A stretch of DNA of 64,000 bases, taken from NCBI RefSeq assembly GCF_009914755.1, contig NC_060939.1, one strand, 5' to 3'. Source of the DNA: the human T2T-CHM13v2.0 reference genome, Homo sapiens. Below the pieces are notes generated by a model. It made no database searches and had not been told where the DNA came from. It saw nothing but the letters and a program-made list of their open reading frames with translations. The position numbers were made by a program, and so were the translations under genes. This document shows positions 25,301 to 38,390 of this stretch, in pieces. Every line of letters begins with the position of its first letter. Position 1 is the stretch's first letter.

Positions 25301-27480
25301 AGTTGGATCTTGATTTTTTAAAAATTTATTTAGCTACACTGTGTCTTTTGATTGATGAGTTTAACCCATTTATACTTAATTACTGAATTATTATTTCCAT
25401 TTTGTTAATTGTCTTCTGTATGTATGGTATTAGTTTGGTCCCTCTTGTTCTCTCTTGCTGTCTTCCCTTGGGTTCATTGATCCTTTGTAGTGTCATGCTT
25501 TTATTTCTTTCTTAATTGATTTTGTTCATCTTCTATAAGTATCTTCTTTGTAGTTATCATGGGGATCCCATACAACATCGAGAATTGTAGCAATCTATTT
25601 TAAAATGAGAACCGCTTAGCTACAATTATATACAAAACTACTCTTTCAGATCTCCTTACCACATACTTGTTACTGATGTTACAAATTACATTTTAAAAAA
25701 TATTTTGTATTCATTAACATTGTTTTACAGTTGTAGTTATGCTTATATTGCTTACATTTTTTACTTGAATTAAAAGTGCTGTATGCAACACCATTACAAT
25801 ATTATAGAATTCTGTATTTATCTCTATATTTGGCTTTACCAGAGAGCTTTATGTTTTTCTGTGCTTTTATGTTGCTACATAGTGTCCTTTTTGTTCAACG
25901 CCAAGGACTGTCTTTGGTAGTTTTTATGTAGGTCTGGTAGTGATGAACTCCCTCCACTTTTGTTCATCTGGGAAGTTATTTCTTTTTGGTTTATGAAAGA
26001 TAGTTTTGACAGATACAGTTTTTATGTTTGGCTGCAATTTTTATTTATTTTTGCCTTTTGAATGTATCGTCCCACTCACTTCGGCCTCTAAAGTCTCTGC
26101 TAAAAAATCCACTGATAATCTTATGGCAGCTCCTTTCATGTGATGAGTTGCTTTTCTCTTACTAGTTTCAAGTCTCTCCTTTCACTTTTGTCAGTCTGAA
26201 TATAATGTGTCTTGATTTGTACCTATTTGGGTTTTTCTTAGTTAAAGTTATTTGAGCTTCTTGAATTTAATGTGGTCTGTTTTCTTCCTCACATTTCAGA
26301 TAATTTTGGCCATTATTTCTTCAAATAAACTCTCTGCTCTAATCTTTCTCTCTTCTCTTTCAGACTCTCACATAATGTGTATATTGGTCTGCTCGTGGGT
26401 GCTGGTACATCAATTAGACTTTCTTTACTTTTCTTCATTCTTTTTTCTTTTTATTATTATGACTTGATAATTTCAAATGACCTGTGTTAGAGTTTACTGA
26501 CTTTTTTTTTTTTTTTTGCTTTGTGAGATCTGCTGTTGATCTGCTGTAGTGAATTTTTCAATTCACCTATTTTATTTTCCAGCTCTAAAATTACTTCGCT
26601 TTTTCTCATGTAGTTTCTATCTCTGTACATATTCTCATTTTGCTCATTTGTGGTTTTTCTGATTTCATTTAGTTGTCTATCTGGCATTCTCTTGCAGCAC
26701 ACTGAGCTTCTGTAAAGCAATGATTTTGAATTCTTTTTTAGATAGTTTGTAAATATCAATTTCTTTAGAGTCAGTTTCTAGAGATTTAGTTTGTTCCGTT
26801 AATTGGGTCATGTTCTCCTGTTTCTTCATGTGTCTTCTTATTTTTTGTTGTAATTTTTTTATTTGAAAAAACAACTAACACTTCGAGTTTTTACAGACTG
26901 ATTTCATACAGGGGAATACCTTCATCAGTCAGCATGACTAGAGATTCAGAGGGCCTCTCAAACATGTTATGGAAATGCATTTTCTCTGAGCTTGTGCATG
27001 TAATTTCCAGATTAGAGAGATTTGCTGGTTTCTTTTTTAGGAGTTTGTGGGCTCTTGCTCTCTCTTGTGTCTGTCTGTGGTACTGCAGGTTCTCCAGAAC
27101 TATATGCCAAGCTCTCTTTTGTTCTTTGCAGTCCCCAGGCATTCAAACTATGACAGCTCCTCATCAGTGCCCTAAGTCACATGAGACAAAAATCAGTCCC
27201 TTAGGTAGCCTCTTAAAAAGCTAAAAAATTGGACATATATTCGATTCTTCTCTTTCCATCTCATTGTAAAAGTCATTAGCAGGATACTTTTTCCCAATTG
27301 TGGTGAGCTGTTTTGGCCTTTGTCTACAGTGTGACAAGTACTGGCACTTCTGGCACTGCAAGAAGCCACTGAACTCTCTTTTGTACTAAGTGGCTACCAG
27401 TTATCCAAAGTATTTTGGTTCTATATCAGTACTCTGAGTCAGGTGAAAAAAATACCAGTCTCTTGGACAACCTTCCAAAA
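22350..27480 (-). mobile_element. Long old L1MA-like element (3'UTR through ORF1/5' region, internally deleted)
   Basis: L1MA-type 3' end (ttgacagataa...catgatgttttgaagtat); ORF2-like WIKKMWYIHT peptide; ORF1-like RQLNEIRKT peptide. Confidence 0.88.
23571..23808 (+). repeat. Local duplicate of 27815-27991 + 32450-32509 inserted in the L1MA
   Basis: Colinear match of roughly 80-85% by eye; L1 sequence stops at ttctgcaagtg and resumes at ~23810. Confidence 0.9.
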
Positions 27481-27481
27481 A

Positions 27482-27482
<1 letters not shown>

Positions 27483-27515
<33 letters not shown>
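27483..27515 (+). repeat. (CA)n microsatellite
   Basis: Directly visible. Confidence 0.97.
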
Positions 27516-27519
<4 letters not shown>

Positions 27520-28005
27520 TCTATTCCTGTATTTTTTTCTTTAAGCTAAATTAGAAGATGATTAGTTGCTTCAGGTTACAATTTATATAGGAATATTTTA
27601 AATATTTTTAGAGAAATATATTCACTTCATTAATGGATTTGGAAATAGATTCCTGAAATAGAAACTTGAAAAAATACTACACATTTACTTATTTAAAAAA
27701 TCCATTTTATATTCTGCTTTGTTTTGAGAATGTAGTTTGAGTACAAACCAGATTATTTCTGTAAATATGGAGAAAATGTTCATCTTAGTGTATCAAATAT
27801 AGTGAAAGAAACCAGAATTCCACTGCTTCAGAAGTATCACTTAAGTTCACATTAAATATTTTTCTGAGGAAATATCCAGTTTAATAATGCTATAGTTATA
27901 TTTAAAATAACATCTTAATAAACATGATAAGGAACTAGAAGTGAACAAAAATATCCAGAGGTCACTTATTCTTTGCAACCTCGATTTTCTTTTTTTCTTT
28001 GTGTG

Positions 28006-28585
28006 TGTGTGAGAGACCAGAATTGTTTAAATACTCAAATCAATCTCCCCAAGCATTAGGGGAGCAGAGTTTTTAAGGATTACGTGGTGGATTGGGGGAA
28101 GCCGGTGAGCCGGGAGTGCTGATTGTTCAGGGATGAAATCTTAGGGAGTCAAAGCTGTCTTCTTGCGCTGAGTCAGTTCCTGGGTGGGAGCCACAAGATC
28201 AGATGAGCCAGTTTATTGATCTGGGAGGTGCCAGCTGATCCATCAAGTGCAGGCTCTGCCAAATATCTCAAGCACTGATCTTAGAAGCAGTTTAGGGAGG
28301 GTCAGAATCTTGTAGCCTCCAGCTGCATGACTCCTGAACTATAATTTCTAATCTTGTGGCTAATGTTAGTCCTACAAAGGCAATCTAGTCCCCAGGCAAG
28401 AAGGAAGTCTGCTTTGAGAAAGGACTCTAACCGTCTTTGTTTAAACTATAAACTATGTTTCTCCCGAAGTTAGTGCAGCCTATGCCCAGGAATGAACAAG
28501 GACAGTTTGGAGGTTAGAAGCGAGATGGAGTCAATTAAGTTAGATCTCTCACTGTCTCAGTCATCATTTTGCTATTGCGCTTTCG
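28006..28585 (-). mobile_element. LTR8 (ERV1/MER4 group) 3' LTR, U3-R only, U5 absent
   Basis: Minus strand matches recalled LTR8 (gcaaaatgatgactgagacagtgagagatctaac...ggggagattgatttgagta...ggtctctcaca) and stops at the poly(A) site, followed by an A-rich tail. Confidence 0.85.
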
Positions 28586-31500
28586 GTCCCTCCCTTTGGG
28601 TTTTATAACACCTTAATCTTTAGGTGTAGGCTATGAAGATGGGAAGAGGCTGTTGATCACTCTAGATTTTTCCTGCTTACAGGGGACATAGCGGGAATGG
28701 GAGTGAACCCCAAGGAGAGAAGAGTAGACCTGCTTCACAACTGTCTGAGTGTATTTATGCAGGCTTGGCTGGGCTTGCAAGGCTTGTGTGGTAAAAATAT
28801 ACTTTCATTTATGTTTCAGGATGATATTTAAGTAAACAGCATGTTTATAAGATAAATAACGAGTCCTAGGATGAGGACTACAATTCCCAATTTTAAAAGC
28901 AAAGATTTGAAAACATTAGTTTGGAGACTTCTAACCCACAATGAATTTAGAATTTAGTCTAAACTGCAGAAAAAACCTTAAGAACGGTTAACAACAGTGT
29001 ACTTCAGTTTTTCTTTTGAAGCATACTTTTGTCTCCCTCCAGTCCCCATTTTTATTAAAAACAAATCACAATAGAACTGATTTGTTTACAAAAGAAACTT
29101 TAGTCTTACTGTATTTGGCCTGATTATTTGCATAAAGTGCAGCAAGAATAATTATTTTTTACTTAGGTTTTTTAAATTGGCTTTGTTAGAACTCTGTTCC
29201 ATGAAGAATCTCAGATAACACTTATTAAAAGCCGAGCCCAGCCATGGGTCTGTACCCTCAAGTACCTATGAGTTGGGCAAATTCCTCTCCTCTTGAGGTC
29301 CCAAGGTAACTTGGGGTTCCTGGGCCTGTTAGAAAGTGACATTCTTTACTTACCACAGGTCAGGAACCTTGTACAGGTTCCTGTACAGGTATCTTGTACA
29401 GGTACTCTATGCGGACAAAGTATGAGGCCAGATGCCCCAATGGGCTTTAATTGGCTCTATAAGTCAACTTTGATTCTTTAAAGGAGGCATGCCATTCCAG
29501 TCAAAGCCTTGGTAAAATAACCAATTTCTCCAATTATATCCTGTTACAAAAGAAAGCAGATTCTTATTGCACTTATGCAATTAACTGTACTGCCATAAAT
29601 TGAGAATACTCACAAATAGTTTCCAAATTCTGGAGAAATCAGGTAGAGGGGAACAAATATGCTCCAAATTTTGTTCACAGGAGTATATTTTACTCACTTG
29701 TTAAAGTTGCAAATAGCTTTAAAGAAATAAGTTATCTTGACTCTGAAAACAAAAGGATCAGCAACGTTTAACACATCAGATCTCCATGAGACTCCTAGAA
29801 GTTTCATTTTTTCCTCTATTCAAATAGCACAATTTTTAAAGTTGTCTGAGACCTGCACTCACAGTCCTATATCTGATTATAAACTGCCTTTTGAAAAGGA
29901 TCAAAACAAGACAAAATGTCTGTGGATGACAAGTAAATAGCCCCTATTAAAACTACAGGTGACTAGGAATTTTGGTTACTTCTGTGGCATACAACAATTT
30001 TATATAACAATTATTATTAATAATGTACATTAAATCATATCAGAATTATAGAAGTTTCCCATAAATTTTGGAACACATACTAATAATATAATATTTATAC
30101 AAATACAGTCCAAAGAAAACCAAACACCATTCACTCTTCTATTTGAAAGTTTTCCCTCTCTTCTAATGTCACAATCTCCAGAGTTATTAGTCAGAATCCT
30201 GCATTTAAGAGCACCTGTTAAATTTTATAGCTGATTATAAAACCATCTTTTAAAGAGGATGAAAATGAGACAACAATTGTCTGTGAATGACAAAAACACT
30301 TTTAGGCCAGCTGCAGTTAAAGACATGGTTGACAAGTAAATTTTTTACCTCTGTGGCACACAGTCATTTAACATAATAATTATAATTATTACAGATAGAT
30401 AACATATACTAAGTCATATTAGAATTATAGGAGTTTTACTTAATTTCAGAACATACGCCTATAACACATTTACACAAATATAACCCAAAGAAAGCCAAAC
30501 ACCATTTCATATTTGGCAGTGCTTCCTGTATGATTTCTATACAAAATGAGCCAAATGTCATTTTTGGACTTTAGAGAACCTAATATCTAAAAGATTAGTC
30601 CAGAAAGAGACATACTTTATAATTTGATTTTGGAAAGTTTGTCAAATATCAAAGGTTTAAAACACTTGATATCACAAAATAGAATCCCAGGTTACCTTAA
30701 GTCATTCATTTTGGCCAAAATGATAACTCTAAATAAGCTTTAAAAAAGAAAACCTTTACTCTAGTAGAGGAGACTTAGCTTTCCAAGCAACATCCAATAA
30801 AGGTAGCATGAGGCTAAATTTGTCTTTTCTCTCTCCTCCTTTTTTTCCCTGCCATTTACCCATGGGAGAGAAAGCAAAACTCTTTCATTATCTTTTAATG
30901 TTACACAAAAATCATCTTCAAAAGAGAAAAACAAATTTCATGTTTGCATTAGTGCATCCTTAACGTAAAAGCTAGTTTTTTAAATAAAATTTTGTATCTC
31001 TGTCCAGTTTTAATTAGTTTGAACATAAGATTTCAATACACTTTTTAGATCCCTTTACAATTTTCCATCAAACAGCAGGTCAATTTTCTAAGAAAACCCT
31101 GTTTTTCGGACACATGGGCCCAGATTCTGGCCTTACAACATCATTATCTTAATGTTTTAATCTGCAGATAAAAGCTAAATAATTTCTTTTAAATTTTAGC
31201 CAATTTGTTTATACCCACAGAATTTTTTTATCAGATCAATCCTTTTTACAAATCCTTTTTACTTTGCTTAAACCTTCAGTTTTCTTCCGTTACTCTTTTA
31301 GGTTAAGACAATCTTTAAAACCCTCTGAACTAGACAAAATTACATTCCCTTTAACAAAAGCCATATTCCTATGCCTTCTTATAATCTTTTACCAAAAACA
31401 CATTCCCTACACACCTTGTTTGTAAAATTGTCTCTCCAGTGGTCTCAATTGCATGTTACAATGTTAACTCTTAGCAACTTTTATTTTTAGTGAAAAACCT

Positions 31501-32435
31501 GATAAGTAAGTGATTTTAATTATGTACCAGGGATGGAGCCTAGGAAATCAGACAGAAATGAAGATAAAGTCTGACTCTTTTTAGCATATCTAGAGGGGAT
31601 GGCTCTCCATATGTCCCCAGGCTTATCTATAATCTAATGCTCCAAAGTAGGTAAATCGAACAATTTTCAAAAGTCAAAGAAATAATTTGACCTTAAAGCA
31701 TTTAGCAAATCTGATCTCTGACCTTAATTTAGACCAAATGTCTACATTTTCAAGGCTTTTTATTTACCAATAATCTTTAAAAGTGTCTTTATTTCCAAAA
31801 GATTACTAAAGTCACGAGAACAAAAGGCATTAAAGTTTCTATTTTTGTGACAAAATATTTAAGTGCTTATCTTTCTAAGCCAATTAATCAGAGCTCTTAT
31901 AAATGCCACACACACACACAACACATACAGGTAGAAGATTTGGCATTTGCAAGATTTTTCATTTGCCAGTTTCTTAATTGGATCACTGGCTTCAGGGTGG
32001 AGCCCTTGGAGGAAGAGGGCCAGGAAAGCATTTCTGGGGCCAAATAAGCAGCAAATAAAGAGCTGAAGGCAAAGACAAACCCCCAGAGTTAAGTGCGCCA
32101 TTTTATACTGGATCCTGGATCCCCAAAAGGAGGGAAATATTACGGGAGAAGACAGTGTGGTGCTTTTACCGACGGTGCATTTCATAGCAAGGCAACCCAA
32201 AGCTAATCAGCCCATTTTGTAATTAGACCATCACCCATGGGAGTCTCATCTCTCAGTGGGGGGTGGGGATGTTTCCATATCTTCCAGGTGGTCAAGAGCA
32301 TGCTTCTCTGATCCAAGTGTGCAAAGAGTCAAGTGTCCCTTCATAACTACTATTAGGCATCCCCTATAGCATGTTTTCTACCTAGTTATTACACACCAAA
32401 GCTCTCATAATGAGAAGTAATTTTTGATACCCTAA
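28586..32435 (-). mobile_element. MER4-group ERV internal sequence, 5'-truncated, non-coding
   Basis: PPT aaagggaggga (28587-28597, minus) abuts the LTR; MER4-int-like AT-rich sequence; no 5' LTR or PBS at the distal end. Confidence 0.82.
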
Positions 32436-32944
32436 AACCTCTTTCTCTTCTAGAAAATAAGCACAATACAATAAGTAATTGCATTTTCAGTAACGAATTC
32501 AAGCATTACATATTTTTGTTGATTTGAAAACACTTTGGACAAGGGTGATGGGAGGGCAGTGGCCTAAAAGAACTAATGAGGAAGCAGGAACCAGGGAGAT
32601 GCCAAAAAAATTACTATCAGAAAGGATATTTGTTAAGTGACATCATAAACATGAAGTCAAACATATGCCATAGTGTGTAGATGACAATTCCAGGAAAATG
32701 TTAAGAATGTAAACAAACTTCATGGTAGAGTGGGAATTTCAGTACCACCATCATTAAACAATTTCAGGGGACACTAGTTCTGTGCAGTATAGTGTAAGTG
32801 TAGCCCTTTGTATCTGTACAACATGATGGCTCAAGCATAGTCCTATAAACAGATAGAATTTAGAGTAAGATTAGAAGCAGCAGGATCAACTAGGTGTCCT
32901 GGGGGTTGAGACAAATGCTAATGAGAACACCCGGGCGGAGGAGG

Positions 32945-33312
32945 TGATATGGTTTGGCTCTGTGTCCCAATCCAAATCTCATCTTGTAGCTCTCATAATT
33001 CCCATATGTTGTGGGAGGGACCCAGGGGGAGATGATTGAATCATGGGGGTGGGTCTTTCCTGTGCTGTTATCCTGATAGTGAACGGGTCTCATGAGATCT
33101 GATGGTTATAAAAATGGGAGTTTCCCTGCACAAGCTCTCTTTTTGCCTGTCACCATCCATGTAAGATGTGAATTGCTCCTCCTTGCCTTCTGCCATGATT
33201 GTGAGGCCTCCCCAGCCACGTGGAACTGTAAGTCCATTAAACCCTTTTTTTCTGTATAAATTACCCAGTCTTGGGTATGTCTTTATCAGCAGCATGAAAA
33301 TGGACTAATAAC
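32945..33312 (+). mobile_element. THE1C-like MaLR solo LTR
   Basis: tgatatggtttggctctgtgtccc...gcagcatgaaaatggactaata. Confidence 0.93.
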
Positions 33313-34117
33313 GGGTGGTATGGCAGATTGGGTGGTAATACACAGGTAAAAAATGGTTTGGATAGGGAATATAGAGAGACAGATGACTCTAAACCATCAT
33401 TGGCTCCTATGCAGTTTTGCTTTATTTGATTGTATCACAGTTCTGGATTTGGGTATAAGTCTTGAGAAGAGAATTGTAGAAATGCAAGTTGTTTCAAAAT
33501 GTGTCTAAATCCTATAGAAAAATGGGGACTCATCAATGGTTTTTGCATATAGAATTACCATGACAATACCATTATAGTAGAAAAACTATTCTATAATGTA
33601 GGATAAATTTCAATGTAACACTGAGGTGGAAATTTAGGAGTTCTTCTGTATATACAAGTTTCTTTTCTCATTAAAGATTATCTTTATAAGGGTTAATGTG
33701 TATAATCCTTAAGATTTTTCTTCTTCTACCATTAAATAATGTGTTAGTAATATCTAATGTTTCAGTGATTACAATTTGGAGGTTATTTAGAGACCAGAAA
33801 TGAGATGTTTAGGATCTGAAAGCAGTTAGTTTAAAGAAAAGGAACTGAACAACCAAGGATACTGAAATGAGAGTCAATAGGACTTGAGACTTTGAAGTTC
33901 TTAAGGACAGCTTAGAACAAATTAGAGGAATGACACTATTATCCCTAAAAATGGAAGTCATTGTTTGTGGGGTTGGGTATTGTAAATGAATCTGTTTAAT
34001 GGTGAGATTATGTGTTGTAAACACCTCTTCACTGTAAACTGTCATTGTTCTAGAATCTTTAGAATTTACAAAATCATGTTTTAGATCATTGTGAACAAAA
34101 TACTGCTTTTGGCATTT

Positions 34118-34860
<743 letters not shown>

Positions 34861-35604
34861 TTGTTGAGAAGACTGCATTTAATGTAAAGGCTTTCAGAGA
34901 CTCCTCCTTTGTGTCAATAAAAAAGACACAGCATCAGATGGCTGTCATTATTTTGACATAGCAAAGGGCCCTGGAGTCTGTCAGTTGACTTCTCTAATCT
35001 ATGGCCATAAACTCATTCTTGAATACTGGAAAATTTGCATTTCTCAAATTTCTTTCACTGGTATCTACAAGTCAATCCCATAGTCAAAATGAAGTTTGTA
35101 GAATGAATATATTGTGGGAATATTCTTCCACTCATTTTTACTGCCTCAAGTCATTTAGGTGGCCTTCTGTATATAGAAGAGTTTATTTTCCCATTGAAGA
35201 TTATCTTTTCAAGGGCTTATATGTCCATTTTAGATCCTTTTATTTATTTCAAATGGTCAAGCTTAATTTTCCGTGGAGATTTTTCTTTTTCTAGCATTAA
35301 ATAATGTATTAGTGATGTCTAGTGTTTAGGCAATGTATTATTTTTAAAAATGTTGGCATTATCTTCATTTTAATCTTGAATTTTTTCAGAGCTCAAAGTC
35401 ATTTTTGATATTAACCATTGCTTTGAAAAAGGAATTCCATAACCACATTTACTTGTGGGATATCATGTGGACAGAATATAAAAAATTCCATCTGTACCTT
35501 TCCTTTTTTTTACCCCAGTATTAGTTTCAATGGGCAAGTATCTAACTTTCCAGAACTTCCTCCTCCACAATCTGTGGGTCCTTGACGGTATAAGAGTAAT
35601 GTTA

Positions 35605-35881
35605 GGCTGGGCGCAGTGGCTCATGCCTGTAATCCCTGCATTTTGGGAGGCCGAGGCTGGTGGATCACTTGAGGCCAGGAGTTCGAGACCGACCTGGCCA
35701 ACATGGTAAAACCCCATCTCTACTAAAAATACAAAAATTAGCCAGGCGTGGTGGTGCACACCTCTGTAGTCCCAGCTACTTAGGAGGCTGAGGCAGGAGA
35801 ATCTCTTGAAGCCAGGAGGTGGAGGTTGCAGATTGTACCACTGCACTCCAGCCAGGGTGACAGAGCAAGACTCCATCTCGA

Positions 35882-35928
<47 letters not shown>

Positions 35929-35940
35929 GTAAGTAAGTAA
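35605..35940 (+). mobile_element. AluS with a (TAAA)n/(TAAG)n microsatellite tail
   Basis: Full dimer; tail 35881-35940; TSD agtaatgtt. Confidence 0.94.
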
Positions 35941-37964
35941 TGTTGATTTTCTAAGGTTAGATGACATGTTCATTAGTCATTCTTATCTTCTGTGTCCTAT
36001 CAGGGGAAAACTTTGCTACCTAGTCATTTTTCTTTAGTTTTACTGCTTTGTCTTACCAATATATGTACATTAGTGTTGGCAATAAAGTAAATGAGATTAA
36101 TAATAATAATAATTTAGAAGAATACTTATAAAAATCCTAAGAAAGGGTTATATATAAACTAATGGGGTAAAAAGGGCCATCAGCATCCCAACACTCAGTG
36201 TTGTTATTCTTTCTCTTCCCATGTGGTTTCCATCTGTTGCTTGTGAATAATTTCACTGAGGTCCAGTTCACAGTAGGGCTAACTGAGCCCTTTAGAAGAG
36301 CCTGACCCTCAGCTGAGAGTTTGGGTCTAAGGTGTAAATTGTGGATCTGATTACGTCTTCCATCCTGGCCCAGTTCAGGAAATTAGAACCTGGCCAGCTG
36401 TGTTTCCCAGTTTGTAGGTTGCAGGCCGTTACCTGGCTCTCTCTCAGACAGCCTGCTGTCCTTTACTTGAGAGTAGACACAGATGTATCCACTAAGCCAG
36501 TTTTATCCAATGTTCAATCATGATTTTGATCTATCAGTACCACCTACCTTCTTATTTACTTAACAGTTTGCATGAATGTAAGATATAGAGTCATTTTTTA
36601 CAGTATTTAAATGTATTTTTAAAAGTTTGCGTGGTAAGTGAAATGGAAAACAACTACTACCATTTGAAATAAAAACTAGATAGCTATGAAAATGCTGTGA
36701 AATCAAAGCAAAGTTTCTAAATGTGAACTATATGTTATGGCATGCCTGAGGCTCTGAGCCTGTCTCCATTTGTTTAAAAAGGGTGAGAATAGAGTGTTAA
36801 GAAGAGGAGCCTCGAACTTAACTTTCCTTCTTGAGATAACAAGAAAGACACACAGACCTTTCAAGAGAGAATTGCTTTTTACTTGGTGATTTATCATTTA
36901 TTGAATTTCTTATTGATATATCATTTTAAATAATTTTTATAGCTGCAATGTCTACATCCTACGTTTTGGGAAACTTAATCCATTTTCAGCCAGGAAGACA
37001 ACACCAGCTTCCACTGGTGATGGGTGATGGCTGGACTCCTGCAGTGGAGAAAGGCATCCTGAAATGAAGCTTCGATGCTCCTGTGAACTCCCTCCCACCC
37101 TATGCTCTGAAATCATGTGTTCCAACATCTTTTCCTTCAGTGTTTTTATTTAGGGCTTTCTCCATGACCTTATTCCAAGCCACATGATCTTTCTTTCTTT
37201 ATGCACTAGTTCAGGATATTGGCTCCTCTTATGTTCATTAAGGCGGCCCTAACCAAGCACATTTAATTCCTCAATGACTAATTTGGTTCTGAGAGGTTAA
37301 GAACTGGTGAGGCTAAGGCAACGGTCTATAGTATCTGGTGATGAGATAAGTGCAGATTAATTTGTGAGATAGAACATTTCTACCCTTTTCCCTTTGGCTT
37401 TAAGGTTTATTTAGAATTCATGAAGTTGTGTCTGTGCTGAAAAGCTTTGAACCGTTAAAGGGAATTATTTAACAAAATTTCTAAAAATGCCTGTGCAAAT
37501 TGGTTTGTCTTGAAATTCTGGTGCTTTGTTATTTTTGCCACCAAGAAAAAGGCTTAAAAAAACGCTTGAGGGAGAATATGAATGTAATAAATATTTCATT
37601 TTTGTAGCACATCGTGCAGTGTTCTTCAGTTTCAGACATTGCCAGCAGTCAACACAGTAGTAAATTTCAGCACCTGTGGACCTGTTTTGGTAATTTATGA
37701 TTTCCATTAGATTTCCATTAGAGATGGGCTGAAATGATTCAGGCAGGTTCATGTACCCCAGCCATGAGCATGCTTGGCCTGAGGGATTGTTTGCATGTAG
37801 GTACTTGGCAGCATGCACACGTTTTGTTGCCCTTTTTTTTTCCTGTCATTGTTATCATTTGGGGGCTGCTCAGGACATTGCCCCGAAATGTCAAAACGCA
37901 GAAAGATGTTACAGACTTCTACCATTTAGGATTCCTCTTCTGTCACAATCTGTACTTGTTCTAT

Positions 37965-38390
37965 AATTCATTTAGCAAATATTTAGTGAACCGTTGTTAA
38001 TGCATTGGAGATACACAGAGGAATAAGAGATGATCTCTGATGTCAAGAGGTTTCTAGGGGAAGAACAACTCATTAAAAATAAGTGCAATTAAGTATTACA
38101 TCAGAGTATTAAGTACAGTTAAACAAGTAGAATAAATGGCTAGTGCAACTAGAGCCACCCGAAAAGAACTCATGGATGAAATACTAAGTGGACAGGAGAA
38201 AGCAGTGCTGAACATAGGAGGGAAGGGGATTTTAAGCGGGAGAATAGGTTTCAGCAAAAACTCAGAGGCAGGAAGCATCTCTCGTCTGCACACGAAGCAT
38301 AAGACATCTGAAACATGGACTGGCAAAATAAACCAGGAGCTCAGGGAGCCATGAACATTCCTAGAGAGCACTTGAGGGATTGACTGTAAT
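37965..38390 (-). mobile_element. L2 3' fragment
   Basis: ttcatttagcaaatatttagtga...ggagatacacagaggaataaga matches the antisense L2 3' end. Confidence 0.6.

Noticed and set aside
33030-33045. DUX4 site position in the THE1 LTRs
   Set aside because: Reads TGATTGAATCA here and TGACTGAATCA in the second THE1, not TAATTGAATCA, so a site is not supported.
33207-33223. PRDM9-like motif in THE1 (CCTCCCCAGCCAC; also CCACCCAAGCCAC at ~41887)
   Set aside because: Both lack the T at position 7 of CCNCCNTNNCCNC and are close to the ordinary THE1 sequence.
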